Shown: positions 10,701-21,700 of the stretch, piece by piece
Layout of the letters: each line of letters starts with the position of its first letter
Position numbering within the stretch: position 1 is the first letter of the stretch
Source of the DNA: Naegleria gruberi
Taxonomy: Eukaryota
Assembly (NCBI GenBank): GCA_000004985.1
Contig: GG738880.1
DNA length: 64,000 nucleotides
Direction: 5' to 3' (one strand)
The notes under the pieces: model-generated
What the model was told of the DNA's origin: nothing
Databases searched by the model: none
The model's input: the letters and a program-made list of their open reading frames with translations, nothing else
Program-made: the position numbers and the translations under genes

Positions 10701-11412
10701 CCAAACACTTTAAAAAGTGAAGAGCAGCAATTCTAACATGATCATATCCATACTTGAAAAGACATTCCTATTTATCATTATATGATGATGAAGATTATTT
10801 TGTATTATTATTATAATAATTAATATATTATCAAAACACGAATATTCCAAGTATTGTTTGTTTAACATTGTTATTATATTCACATCATCCGTATGATCCA
10901 AAAGATGTGTTATTTGATGATGATGAATAATTTGATGAGTTGTTAGAGTGATAGATGATGAATTAATTATCAAATTTAAAAGATGATCAAAGTACGCTCT
11001 CCAATCAATCTGCACATATAAATTAACTACATACTTCTATTTGTCTACGATTCTTTACGAAAAACTCTTGAAGTTGAGTGCTAATACCACACAAACCAAC
11101 CACTGTTCTAAAAGCCCAGACACACAAATCAGGATTTGCTGATGAATTGGTCATATCATCAACTACAACTTTCATAACAAAATTCCAATCGTGTCTACTC
11201 GTTATGGCACATCCTTTAATTAACTGATAACAAAGTTTCTTCACCAATGGATCGGATGTCTTGACCAAAACAGCATTAATCACAGTAGATACATAATTTT
11301 GTATATCCTTTCCGGCTGTATAGAGACGATGAAGAATCAGCAGGGCATTGGTCTGTTTTGTTGGATCGGAGGAACTTAACTCTGCAGCAATACTAATATT
11401 CTCCAATTCCAT
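7745..11412 (-). CDS. ARM/HEAT-repeat protein, possibly an adaptin or trafficking-complex subunit; multi-exon, ~1150 aa
   Basis: Proposed model is join(7745..10188, 10235..10490, 10552..10767, 11035..11412) on the minus strand. The introns are 46, 61 and 267 nt with GTAGGT/GTATGT donors and TAG acceptors, and the frames stay open across each junction. The N-terminus MELENISIAAELSSSDPTKQTNALLILHRLY is helical-repeat-like. The C-terminal ~450 aa looks like a beta-sandwich. Family assignment is weak. Confidence 0.5.
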
Positions 11413-11787
11413 TTTTTTTTTAAATAATAAAAAATTTGATAATTTTTAAAGAAATCTCACAAGAATTTCAAAGATGCAAGAGAATTGCAATTTGGTTTCT
11501 TGTAAAATAATTACAATAGTATTGGAGAAAAGGAATTTAAATTAGAGAGATAATCTGTCAATGAAGGATTTTAGTTAATTCTTAAGAAGCCATCTTCTGT
11601 TCCAAATATGCATGTTGTCAATTGGCAGAATGCTCTTAATTCATAGTGAGAAATGTGCTTTGAAAATTGTGAATAACAGTTCACAAGCTGCCTTTCAATA
11701 AAATTCATTATTGCACACTCTCACTTTGAAATAATAACTCACTTTATTTTCTCACAAAAACTCTATAATTTCATTCTTTCTTAATAA

Positions 11788-14172
11788 TTAAACTGAAGAT
11801 AAATGTTGGAAAGCAAATAAGGCAAATGATTGGAAAACCAGAACAAACAATAAAGAAACAACCAAACATTGGAAAATTCTCATAGAACACAAATAATAAG
11901 TTGAGGATTCTTCAGAACAATCTTCATCGTGGTAATCTTGATCGTGTCTTTCATCGTGCTTGGAATTGGATGCGGCTAGGTCAGTATCATGGTTGGATGG
12001 AATGATAATTGGTTGAGAATGATCATCGTGGAGGTTATGGTGGTGTTCATGTTGTTGATTCTTTTTTGGTTTCGTATAGTAAATGCATTCGTCTTCGTTT
12101 AAAATTTCTTCGTCGTCTGCGTCAGATTCTTCAGATTCTGAAGTGAATTCGTAATTAATTACTTCACATGGACTCTTCTCTTCTTCTTTCAAATGTTGAA
12201 TAACTTCTTTCGGATTTGAAACTTTATCTGAAATCAATTCTTGTTTTGGCGGGAATTTCACAATGGAAAGTTTGGATGGTCCACTAGCTCTGAAAGGAGG
12301 ATTGACTATTTCTTTTGGTTGTTCTGGTGGAAATTGGAGAGGTGGAATGAAAACAGAATTGCAGATTATTTCATCACGATGCTTTGGAATCATCATCTTG
12401 GTTTCTGTTTCAGGTTTCTTTTCGAATATAATCTTGTCACTTTCTTTCTTATCTTCTAGATGAATCATTGGTTCATCCTCAGTTGCAACTTGTTGTTGCT
12501 CATCTGCACTTCCATCAGGACCAATAACTATCCAATGAATCACCTTATGAAGAATCAACCAATAGTAAAGCAAATTCATTGCAGTTGACTTGATGAAATT
12601 TTCAATTGGAGACAAACCACAGTGATTCATCTTGTACTTATCAATAAAATCTCTCTTCTTATTGAATTGAAGAAGTAATTGACGAAGTACGAGCATACTT
12701 TCCTTATGAAGATCATTTCTAATTAATTCAAAGTCTTCAATTCCTTCTTTGGATTTTCCTGACATTCCAATGGTGAGAATATCGAATGATCTCATCTTGA
12801 GATGCTTGGCCAATTCTCTCTTTTTATCAAGAATATTTCTGTCATTGCCAACTAAATCAGTTTTTGTGGCCACTACCAAATATGGAATTCCTTTCGAATC
12901 TAAATAGTGTTGAATTGATTTGGTAATTTGCAATTCTTTTTCATTAAATTCAATTGGAATGGTTAGCATTACCAAATCATGGCACATCACTTGTTGAATC
13001 CTGCCACCTGCCTTAATATTCTCGAATCCATACTCAACCATCTTGTCGCTCATTTCACTTGCAAACATTCCAACATATAATTGTGAAAGTAATTTACAAT
13101 AATTTGGACATTGGTCTTGAGAATCAATTCCTGGCATGTCTGTAAAGATAATTCTTTGAGTAGTGATTTGATCTGAAATGTCAGAATCTATTGGTTGAAA
13201 CATGACAGAACATCTGGAGATGTTTTCATCCCATTTGTAATAGGAAAGTTGGGATTCGTCTTGTGTGACTTGGTGGGTTCTGGTACCATGATCTAAATTT
13301 CTATAAATTGGTCTGAAAACAAGTTTAGGATATGATTCAGAGTTTGGAAGAATTCGTTCACTTTCGAATTCCATAACTGAGGAAAGCAAGGACTTGAGTT
13401 GTGATTTTCCACTTGATGAGCAACCAGCCATGATAACATTCAAAGAAGGAAGTTCTTCACTCATCAATTGTTCCATTTTCCTATTATGGATGTTCAATTC
13501 ACAATTGACTTGCTTTCGTAAAGTTTCCAATGATGGCAAATGATTCATTCTTACATTATTCTTCATTTTAGGATTCAACAATCTAGGAGATGATCTTTCT
13601 GAACGAGGAGTCATTTCACAATCTGAACTAAATGAGGAATAAGCCATTTCGAATAGAGATTGTTTTGGAATTTGGACTTCTAAAGGAGATCTCTCAATTT
13701 CTTGAGTACATTCAGATGAGGAAGTTGAAATCTCAGAAACACATGAATCTAACCTTTCCAATTTGAGATTAGTTTGGAAAGATGACGAATCTTTCAAATC
13801 TTCCTCAGGAATAATTAATTGTTGTGAATTAAACAATAAAGGATCTTCTGAGGAGTATGAATCAGAATCTAGATTGAATAGTAAATTATTACAATAAACT
13901 GGATACTGGTTGAAACCAACATCACTTGTGCTGTTGAGTGGCATGTAACCTAATCCGAAACAAGTATTCGAATCACGAAGAGAATTACTCAATCTTTGAC
14001 TTGTGGAGAAGGTTTCTTCAATAGTGGTGGTGTTACTAATTTGAATTGGAGAGGCAATTCGTTGGAAATTCTTATTCGAATTTGATGATGGTTGTTCGAA
14101 AGTAGAAGAATTCAAACTTTGTTTAGCTTGCTCTTCATGAAAGTAATCTGAAACAATGATTTTATCTTTCAT
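11788..14172 (-). CDS. Tail-anchored P-loop GTPase (paraseptin / IRG / AIG1-like) with an S-rich N-terminal region, an acidic linker and a C-terminal TM helix
   Basis: G1 is MAGCSSSGKSQLKS, G3 is FTDMPGID, and G4 is VVATKTDLVG (a T-K-x-D variant). The C-terminal hydrophobic segment is QCLVVSLLFVLVFQSFALFAF. Confidence 0.65.
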   Translation of the reverse strand: MKDKIIVSDYFHEEQAKQSLNSSTFEQPSSNSNKNFQRIASPIQISNTTTIEETFSTSQRLSNSLRDSNTCFGLGYMPLNSTSDVGFNQYPVYCNNLLFNLDSDSYSSEDPLLFNSQQLIIPEEDLKDSSSFQTNLKLERLDSCVSEISTSSSECTQEIERSPLEVQIPKQSLFEMAYSSFSSDCEMTPRSERSSPRLLNPKMKNNVRMNHLPSLETLRKQVNCELNIHNRKMEQLMSEELPSLNVIMAGCSSSGKSQLKSLLSSVMEFESERILPNSESYPKLVFRPIYRNLDHGTRTHQVTQDESQLSYYKWDENISRCSVMFQPIDSDISDQITTQRIIFTDMPGIDSQDQCPNYCKLLSQLYVGMFASEMSDKMVEYGFENIKAGGRIQQVMCHDLVMLTIPIEFNEKELQITKSIQHYLDSKGIPYLVVATKTDLVGNDRNILDKKRELAKHLKMRSFDILTIGMSGKSKEGIEDFELIRNDLHKESMLVLRQLLLQFNKKRDFIDKYKMNHCGLSPIENFIKSTAMNLLYYWLILHKVIHWIVIGPDGSADEQQQVATEDEPMIHLEDKKESDKIIFEKKPETETKMMIPKHRDEIICNSVFIPPLQFPPEQPKEIVNPPFRASGPSKLSIVKFPPKQELISDKVSNPKEVIQHLKEEEKSPCEVINYEFTSESEESDADDEEILNEDECIYYTKPKKNQQHEHHHNLHDDHSQPIIIPSNHDTDLAASNSKHDERHDQDYHDEDCSEESSTYYLCSMRIFQCLVVSLLFVLVFQSFALFAFQHLSSV

Positions 14173-14384
14173 TTTATTTTCTAAGGCTAAAATACAAAAA
14201 TGTACTTTCAGTTTTTGAATGAAACGTTTTTAGAGAATTTCTAAAAATGGAAATTGGTAAAATTTACAAAAGAATTAGAAAATGGAAAGAGAGTCGACTA
14301 TCTGTGTCCATTCTATAACAAAGGCAAGTATAATTCCATAATAGAATTTGGGTTGTTGGATGACTGTTCTATTCGAAACTTCCT

Positions 14385-14630
14385 CTACTTTCTGATAATC
14401 ACATAAATTAGAACGAAAGGAGCAAACACAATCACTATTGGAAAACATAAAATTCCCAAACTCACTCCAATAATCCAAATTGCAACTGTCTTTCCAATTT
14501 CATTATTCGAATGTTGCCGATTTGCAACAGGTGCAGATGATGTCGAAGGTGAAACTAAAAAATTCGATAAATCACCACTACTCTGATTATTCTGATTCTT
14601 TGCATTCATCATCGAGGCCTCTGTCACCAT
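14385..14630 (-). CDS. Small (81 aa) single-pass membrane protein
   Basis: An A-run precedes the ATG. An N/S-rich N-terminus is followed by the hydrophobic helix IWIIGVSLGILCFPIVIVFAPFVLIYVII and then RK-stop. Confidence 0.4.
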   Translation of the reverse strand: MVTEASMMNAKNQNNQSSGDLSNFLVSPSTSSAPVANRQHSNNEIGKTVAIWIIGVSLGILCFPIVIVFAPFVLIYVIIRK

Positions 14631-14814
14631 TTTTTTATTTGTGAGATCTTACTTCTGACATTTTGACAGCATGTGTGGTCGAGTTCATGGTGGGAATTGG
14701 GCTTTTAGAAAATTGTAATATTTTTGGAGGAAACTTGCAAATTGGGAATTATTGTAAATCCACAGTGTTCTAATTTAGTAAATTAAATTGTTAACAACAA
14801 TTGAAAGTTTCAAC

Positions 14815-16191
14815 TCAGAAATTAGCTATCATTTCGATATCATCACTAATAGCATTACCACCAATATCTAGCTTAGTTAATTGAGTCATTGTGTTAATGT
14901 ATTTAGCTCCTTCATCACTAAGATTATTGTAAGTAATTGAGAGATGAGTGAGTTGATTCAGTTGACTAACATATTTGGCACCTTCGTCGGTAATGTTATT
15001 GCGACCAATATCAAGTTTTCTTAAATTCTTCAATTCACTTATATGTTTGGCACCTTCATCTTCAATGTTGTTGTAAAAAATATCCAAACTAGTTAATTGT
15101 TTCATTTCACTAATAAATTTGGCTCCTATTGATCCAAGACGATTGTAACCAATGTTCAGATTGGTCAGTTGGTTCATTGTTTTTAAATGTCGAGCTCCTT
15201 CTTCACCAATTTTAGCACCACCTATACTAAGATCGGTTAATTGTTTCATTTCAGTAATGTATCTGGCTCCATTAGGACCTATTCCATTTGCTCCAATACA
15301 TAGAATAGTTAATTGTTTCAACTCGCTTACAAATTTGGCACCATTTTCATCAAGCCTGTTGCCTTCAATAAAGAGATAGGTCAGTTTTTTCATTTGGCTT
15401 AAATATTGGGATCCTAGGTTTCCTAGATTATTGTAACCAATATCCAGATGAGTCAATCCTTCCATCTCACTAATGTGACGAGCTCCTTTATCACCAATAC
15501 GATTGCCATGGATGTTAAGATTAGTCAATTGTTTCATTTGACTAATATATTCAGCTCCAGGTTCTCCAATATTATTATTGCCAATATTCATGCAAGTTAA
15601 TTGGCTCATTTGACTAATATATTTGGCTCCTTCGTCCATAATCTTATTGTTACGAATATTAAAATTGGTCAAATGTTTCAATTCACTAAAACATTTAACT
15701 CCTTCATTACCAATCTTATTGTCCTCAACATTAAGATTAGTTAATTGTTTCAATTGAGGAATGCACTTGGCACCTTCATTACGAATCTTACTACGTATAG
15801 TAAGATTATTCAACGATCCCATAAACTCCAATACATGGCAATCAAATGTATTGAAATATTGGTTCACGTTAAGACTTTGAATATTTTGTAAAAATCGTCC
15901 TCCCAATGTCAATTCATTTTCACATTTCAATGAAAGAAATTTACATCTTTCCAACACGACATTCAACCACTGTTTCGAAACCAATGCACAACTCATCACT
16001 ATAAATCTAAAATCATCCCGAAGAAAAGATAAAATTTCATACAATACATCATCGGGCAATATTTCTTTATCAGAATTTAATTTTTTAAATTTTCTTTCTG
16101 ATTGGAAATTGCTAATTATTAATTGATCGTCGGCTACATGCGATTGATCATTGTGATCATCTTGAAAGACTTTTCTATTTCGTTTGCTCAT
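14815..16191 (-). CDS. F-box protein with 13 ribonuclease-inhibitor-type (NLR-like) 24-aa LRRs
   Basis: The F-box reads LPDDVLYEILSFLRDDFRFIVMSCALVSKQWLNVVL. Tandem units follow of the form LTxLNIxxNxIGxEGAKYISxMKQ. Confidence 0.8.
   Translation of the reverse strand: MSKRNRKVFQDDHNDQSHVADDQLIISNFQSERKFKKLNSDKEILPDDVLYEILSFLRDDFRFIVMSCALVSKQWLNVVLERCKFLSLKCENELTLGGRFLQNIQSLNVNQYFNTFDCHVLEFMGSLNNLTIRSKIRNEGAKCIPQLKQLTNLNVEDNKIGNEGVKCFSELKHLTNFNIRNNKIMDEGAKYISQMSQLTCMNIGNNNIGEPGAEYISQMKQLTNLNIHGNRIGDKGARHISEMEGLTHLDIGYNNLGNLGSQYLSQMKKLTYLFIEGNRLDENGAKFVSELKQLTILCIGANGIGPNGARYITEMKQLTDLSIGGAKIGEEGARHLKTMNQLTNLNIGYNRLGSIGAKFISEMKQLTSLDIFYNNIEDEGAKHISELKNLRKLDIGRNNITDEGAKYVSQLNQLTHLSITYNNLSDEGAKYINTMTQLTKLDIGGNAISDDIEMIANF
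14830..15775 (-). repeat. About 13 tandem 72-bp coding repeats (the RNI-type LRR array) within the F-box gene
   Basis: The periodic protein repeat is visible in the translation, and nucleotide periodicity is visible by eye. Confidence 0.6.
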
Positions 16192-16289
16192 TTTTTTTGA
16201 ATATTTATCAAATAAGAAATAGTCAACTGGAAAGCTTATGGAATCAGTTGTTCAAGTGAGTGATTAATTGTTCTGCAATCGTGTTGTAA

Positions 16290-16362
16290 TCCCCCTTAGC
16301 TCAGTCGGTAGAGCGTCAGACTGTTAATCTGCAGGTCGGTGGTTCGAGCCCACCAGGGGGAG
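16290..16362 (+). tRNA. tRNA-Asn (anticodon GTT)
   Basis: The sequence TCCCCCTTAGCTCAGTCGGTAGAGCGTCAGACTGTTAATCTGCAGGTCGGTGGTTCGAGCCCACCAGGGGGAG has a 7-bp acceptor, a GCTC/GAGC D-stem, anticodon loop CTGTTAA, and T-arm GGTGG/TTCGAGC/CCACC. Confidence 0.9.
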
Positions 16363-16368
16363 TTGTAA

Positions 16369-16373
16369 TTTTT
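16369..16373 (+). terminator. Pol III oligo-T terminator after tRNA-Asn
   Basis: TTTTT lies 7 nt after the tRNA 3' end. Confidence 0.4.
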
Positions 16374-16515
16374 GTTTCTGACATTTTGAACCAAATATTT
16401 TTCAAAGAAGAATGTTCTAAACTATGAAGAATTAAGCTGAATATTCTTCAATAAGGGAGTGGTTCTTTTGCAAAATCAATTTTGAGCTAAGAAATTTTGG
16501 AGTTTCTTTTGTTTA

Positions 16516-17241
16516 TTAACACAACAACTCTGAAATGGAAATTTTCATTCGTCTTGTAGTGGAGGAGGACCTTGTCGAGATCAATTGCTTGTGAGGTTTC
16601 GACATCTTGTGTTGTTTATGTATCTTGCTGTTATTTGTCTGAAGAGTGAATGAATCAATTTGATCCCACAATTTACTGTACAAGTCTTCCTTTTCTGGAA
16701 AGTGAACATTCGAATAGGTTCTACTAGGTGAATGTTCTACTGTAGTGGTCGTTGTAACAGTTGTTGTTGGTGAAGAAGGACAATTTGGAAAGTTAGCAAC
16801 AATATTCGAATAGACAAGTTTCGTACACTTATTACCAACAAGTGGTGATGGAGGTGAAAGTTTAGAAAGATGAGCTGGTCTTGGATAGAATGAGGCTGTG
16901 TTAGTAGTTTTGATTGTGGTTGGTGCGTAAGGCATGAGTAAGTTAGCAATATTGGTATGTGAAAGATTATTCGAAAGTGGACTATTTGTTGGATTAATGT
17001 GAGGAGATCTTGGAGAATTGGTTTGGGGTTGATTGTGAGTGATGGAGGTGGATGTTGAGGTTGTGGAAATGGTTGGAGGTGAAACGCAAGCTGTTTGTCT
17101 TTGAGCTGAAACAGTATTCGAATCATTAGAAGACGAAACTTCTGATCTTGTAGGTGATGCAGGACTGCCAGTTGTCAATTGACCATTCTCTGTTGACAAT
17201 GTTGAAGCGTAGAGTTGAAATAACTTTTTGTTTCTCTTCAT
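16516..17241 (-). CDS. S/T/P-rich low-complexity protein (241 aa), function unknown
   Basis: The ORF has typical codon usage and TTTTT/SPSP tracts. It has no recognisable domain. Confidence 0.4.
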   Translation of the reverse strand: MKRNKKLFQLYASTLSTENGQLTTGSPASPTRSEVSSSNDSNTVSAQRQTACVSPPTISTTSTSTSITHNQPQTNSPRSPHINPTNSPLSNNLSHTNIANLLMPYAPTTIKTTNTASFYPRPAHLSKLSPPSPLVGNKCTKLVYSNIVANFPNCPSSPTTTVTTTTTVEHSPSRTYSNVHFPEKEDLYSKLWDQIDSFTLQTNNSKIHKQHKMSKPHKQLISTRSSSTTRRMKISISELLC

Positions 17242-17884
17242 TTCGTATTATTATTGTGTAGACGAAAGTAATTTCACTTGTTTCACTTTTTTTTGTTGGT
17301 GAGATTCGTGCTTATGCATTAGAAAGGGTGAATTTAGAATGAGAAAAGCGATTGTTTTTTTGCGTGTCAAATGGTTGACATCCGACAGTTGGAGTTAGGA
17401 TTCGGCTGATGTGAAGATGAATAGTTTGCCGAATCTCTTTATGATTGTAAAGTTTGAATGACACAAACACGAATCCATAAGTCATCAACGAATCCGTAAC
17501 GAATCACCATCACCAATTGATTAATACCATTTGTGTAATTTGTGTTTGTGTTTGGAAGTAAACAGTTTTTTGATATTGTAATCAAACTATACAGCATTCA
17601 GTTACATTTTTGATTATTGAAAATGCAATTACATTGATATGTGTTTGTATTGTATACTCACAATTATTATTGGCACAACCAACTTTCTAATTGATAAATC
17701 AAAAAGGAGTTAAAACTCCGTCATGCTGAAATTGTTATTTCTTAATACTCCAAGCTACATTTTTCAAAAAAAAACTCAATAAGTCATCTCCGAAGAAGAA
17801 AATTTCAAGCTCTATTTCTCTACTACTAACCAGTAACAATGTACTAAGATTCACAACATGACCTTACTTCTAATTTAAAAAAAA

Positions 17885-18572
17885 ATGAAATCAATAAATT
17901 CTTCCAGTCTGTTTGCTGTTGTTGCAATGATGCACTCCTTAATCCTTCTGATGATAATGGGAGAGTTAAAGTTCTTCATTCTGGAATTTCTTCTGGAGAT
18001 GGTGTAACAAGACAATTTTCAATCTCCTTGACTTGTGATGTGAATGGTCCTGAACGTCCAACACTCACAACTTCTGGTGAACCAAGAGAGGGAGGCACTA
18101 CAAACTACACACCTCAGAAAGATACTAAAGCAAGAAATGAGCTAAAACAAAAAATTAGCGTGAAACAAAAAACATGTGCGACGAGAAAAGCAAGCCAAAA
18201 AGAATCGTTTCCTAATCCTTGCTTTGGGTGCGAATAGATTGTAGTGATATTATCACTTATCAATTCAGTGGTTCCTCAAAGATTGCTTGTCCTGGTGCTG
18301 TTCCAATGCCAGTTCCGGGAGGAGATGATTTGCCATTACGTCAATTCGGATTTGGAGGATTGATTATGACATTGGCTCTTATTGCTCTTGCGCTTTACTT
18401 TATCATTGGATTCCTAGTGATGAAATTCAAATTGCAAAAGACTGGATTGGAAACTATTCCACATGTTGCTTTCTGGAAGGATTTGCCATTCCTTTTCAAA
18501 GATGGTGTCATGTTACCTGTTGATCTCATTAAGGGACTTACTGGAAAAATGAAATATCAAGATGTTGCTTAA
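17885..18572 (+). CDS. Putative type I membrane protein with a signal peptide, a Cys-containing lumenal region, a TM helix and a short cytosolic tail (M6PR/Atg27-like topology). Probably 2-3 exons, structure unresolved
   Basis: ATG at 17885 gives MKSINSSSLFAVVAMMHSLILL. Frames switch near 17930-18010 and 18175-18238; a candidate 62-nt GT..AG intron lies at 18176-18237. The last exon encodes ...IDCSDIITYQFSGSSKIACPG...GGLIMTLALIALALYFIIGFLVM...KYQDVA. Confidence 0.35.
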
Positions 18573-18780
18573 ACTAGATAGCAAGTTATTCGAATATGAT
18601 TGAGAATATTTGTAAAATTAACGTTTTTTTGTTTGGATGGATTAATAACTCTAATACTGATTCAGTCATAACATTAAAGTTTTAATCCTTCATCTCTAGC
18701 TGTTGCCATTATTCACACTGAAACCCTATTAATACATTTTCAACCTGTCAAACTTCAATAATAAAATAAAAAACCCCAAA

Positions 18781-21700
18781 ATGCCATCCAAGAAGAAGAA
18801 GCAGCCAAAAACGCCTTCTTCCTCCTCTTCAGAAGATGAAGATCATCTCCAACACAACAACAACAACACTTCACCGCTTCCCTATGTTTCTTCTTGGTTA
18901 CCTCCTTCATTGTTGCATTCTCCGTCATCACCAACGACAAATTCATCATCACCGACTACGATTTACGCGCCAACAACGTCTCAAGGTGTTGTAGGAAAAT
19001 CAAACTCTAAGAATAAGAAGAAGAATAATCGGAATGATGATGCTGATGAGAATCATGATGGAAGAAATATTAATATTAATAATTTGAATAATTTGAATAG
19101 TAATAATAACGTTGATAATAATGATGAGAAAACACTCTCTGATATGGACGATGAGTGGAATCACATCATTGAACAATATCACTCCCTCATCAGGAATAAG
19201 CAAAATAATGAACATGAGGCTAATCATGATTTATTCAATATTATTGAAGGAAATTCGGCCACACCAAATTATGGAAGTTATGATGATCAATATAATTTAC
19301 CTTCATATGCTGATAGGAGAAAATCAATGCTCGTCTTTCCAACATCAACCATCCTCTCTTCATCACCAAATAACAACAATAATAATAATAATAAGGAGAA
19401 TGATAAGAAGAAGAAGAGAAAGTTTGCATCACTGAGGAGGAAGAATAGAAATCAACAAAATTTACCAAGTGATGAAGAAACAGAACAACAACTCCATCAT
19501 CATCACTATAATGAAACAGTGCAGCCAACAGATCCTGACTTTCCAACATTGTCCTTCTGTGATTTAATGTTAATTGGAGCTGCCACTCAACAACATCCGC
19601 ATGGATTATTGACAAGTGCCACAACAGCAACAACAACAACAACTTCTGGAAGTGTTAGCACGACTCAATCTCCTTCATTGCCGATGGGAATGAGAAATAA
19701 CATTGGAAGTAATTTGCTGGGTTATTACGATCATCATCATCATGCATTATCTTCTTCTCCAATGCTTGGTGGTTCTCCTTCTCTCTCTTCACCAAATGTG
19801 ATTGGAAAAGGTAATGGAGATTTTGGTGGTGGATTTTCACAAGTTGACAAGTCGTTGAATCTAATGCTATTTCCAAATACAGCATCCACAACTCCACTAT
19901 CACCTTCATTTCCAACAAGTACTGCGCTCAGCACTAAACCACTTTCATTGGATTTATCAAAATTAAAAGCAAAATCAGCAGCTAGTCAGGCAGCTAGTTG
20001 TCAAACACCTGAAGTTTCGGATAAGAAGAAGATTTTTAAACGAAGAGAAAGGTCTGCATCATCATTTTCATTAGGAGGCAGTAAACAACATCCAGATAGT
20101 CCAAGTCAGAGACATCACCGATTGAATAATTCAGATTCAAATTCAAATTCAAGATTACAACAAGGAATGTCATTCACAAAGTGGTCGGAACTCATTCAAA
20201 ACAATGGTGCATTTGCGAGAATTAATAACATTTCGCCCTCTTCACCTGCTCTGGGACAGAATGATGAAGATTCACAGAGTAATGGAAATGCAAATGATAT
20301 TCTTTCACATGATAGTACGGAAATTTTCGATCAGTTGGAGGATATTCTTTCCTATCAGCTGCCAATCAGCCCTAGGTATAGAACCTATTCTAAATCATCG
20401 AATACAAGGAGGGATACCTCCGAGACACTCAATGATGAAGAGCAACAACAACAGCAGCAGTCACAACAACATGATGAAACACGAACGAGTGAGGATATTA
20501 TTGGAGATGAGGAAGAGGATGAAATGGACGATCTCATAGATGGAGCCATTAGTAATTTCAATCGAGCCACTGACAGTAGCACTGAACAAGGAGATAAATC
20601 CTCTTCAAATAATCCTGTGGATTTACAATTTGCATTGATTGGAAGTCGTGGAAAGATGGCCGATTGGGTCAAAGAAAAGGAGAAGGAAAAGGAGACTCTT
20701 CCACAAAATTTGCCATCTCTTAGGGAGGGAAGATCTCCACAAGAGACTAGAAAGGGAGACCCCTCACGACAACACATTTCAAAAACTAGATTTTCATTCA
20801 CTTCACGCTCTGCAGTTAATTTGAATTCTGTTAACAATAATCAAAAATCACTTATTGAAGATATCGATTCTGAAAAATCGACATCATTTACTGAGGGAAA
20901 TTCTCCTCAATTTAGACCAAAGGGAAGAAAGAGAAGTTTAAGCCATATGATGGTTAATGCAAGTGTTTGCTTGCATTTTGCAATTGACAAGTAAGTAATT
21001 TGTTATACTTTCATTTTTTAACATTTCTAATTATTATAATACTTTCGTGTTTTTTATAATATAGTTTTAAGGGAATTGATGAATTTATCAAGGAAGAACA
21101 AGAGAAGGTCAATCTTAGAAATGAAAATAATTCAACCACTGATGATCAATCATTCTGTGTCCAGTTACATGTCTTGCACAGAGTCAAGAAATCTAACAAT
21201 ACCTATGCATGGATTTCACTCATTCACACTCAAAATGTAAACCTCCTCGATTTGGAATCATTCAACTCATCAGACAAGAGTAAAATCACATCTGATGTTG
21301 TCCATTTCGAAACTAGTGCTACCTTACCATTCAATTTTGAAAAGATTACACCACTCCTCTTTGCACTCATCAGTACACGAACAAATCAAGTGCTAGGTTC
21401 CTATGAGGGTTGTTTGGCAGAGATTTGTGGAAGTCAGCAGCTAATGATACGAAGAAAACTCATCAAGCAAAAGAAACACTTTTGTGATTTGGTAGTCAAG
21501 GCATCCATACCACCAGGAAATGAGAAACGACTCTCAGTTTTGGAAAATCTTGGAAATACCGTAAGGGAGCAACTCTCGCTGGCTCCACCTCTCGATTTAT
21601 TCAATGATATTCCCACAACAGAGTCTCCTCTCATTTCAGATTCGAGCTCTTCAGTAACTCCTGATATGAATAATGATGGTTCACTCCTGAGAAAGAAATT

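Noticed and set aside
14830-15775. 72-bp periodic tandem nucleotide repeat that might be a satellite or minisatellite
   Set aside because: It is entirely coding. The periodicity reflects 24-aa RNI-type LRR units of the F-box protein.
19360-20470. CAA/AAT trinucleotide tracts (also at 4300-4340 and 54520-54540) that might be microsatellites
   Set aside because: They are in frame and encode poly-Q/poly-N runs, which are typical of dictyostelid proteins. They are not intergenic repeats.
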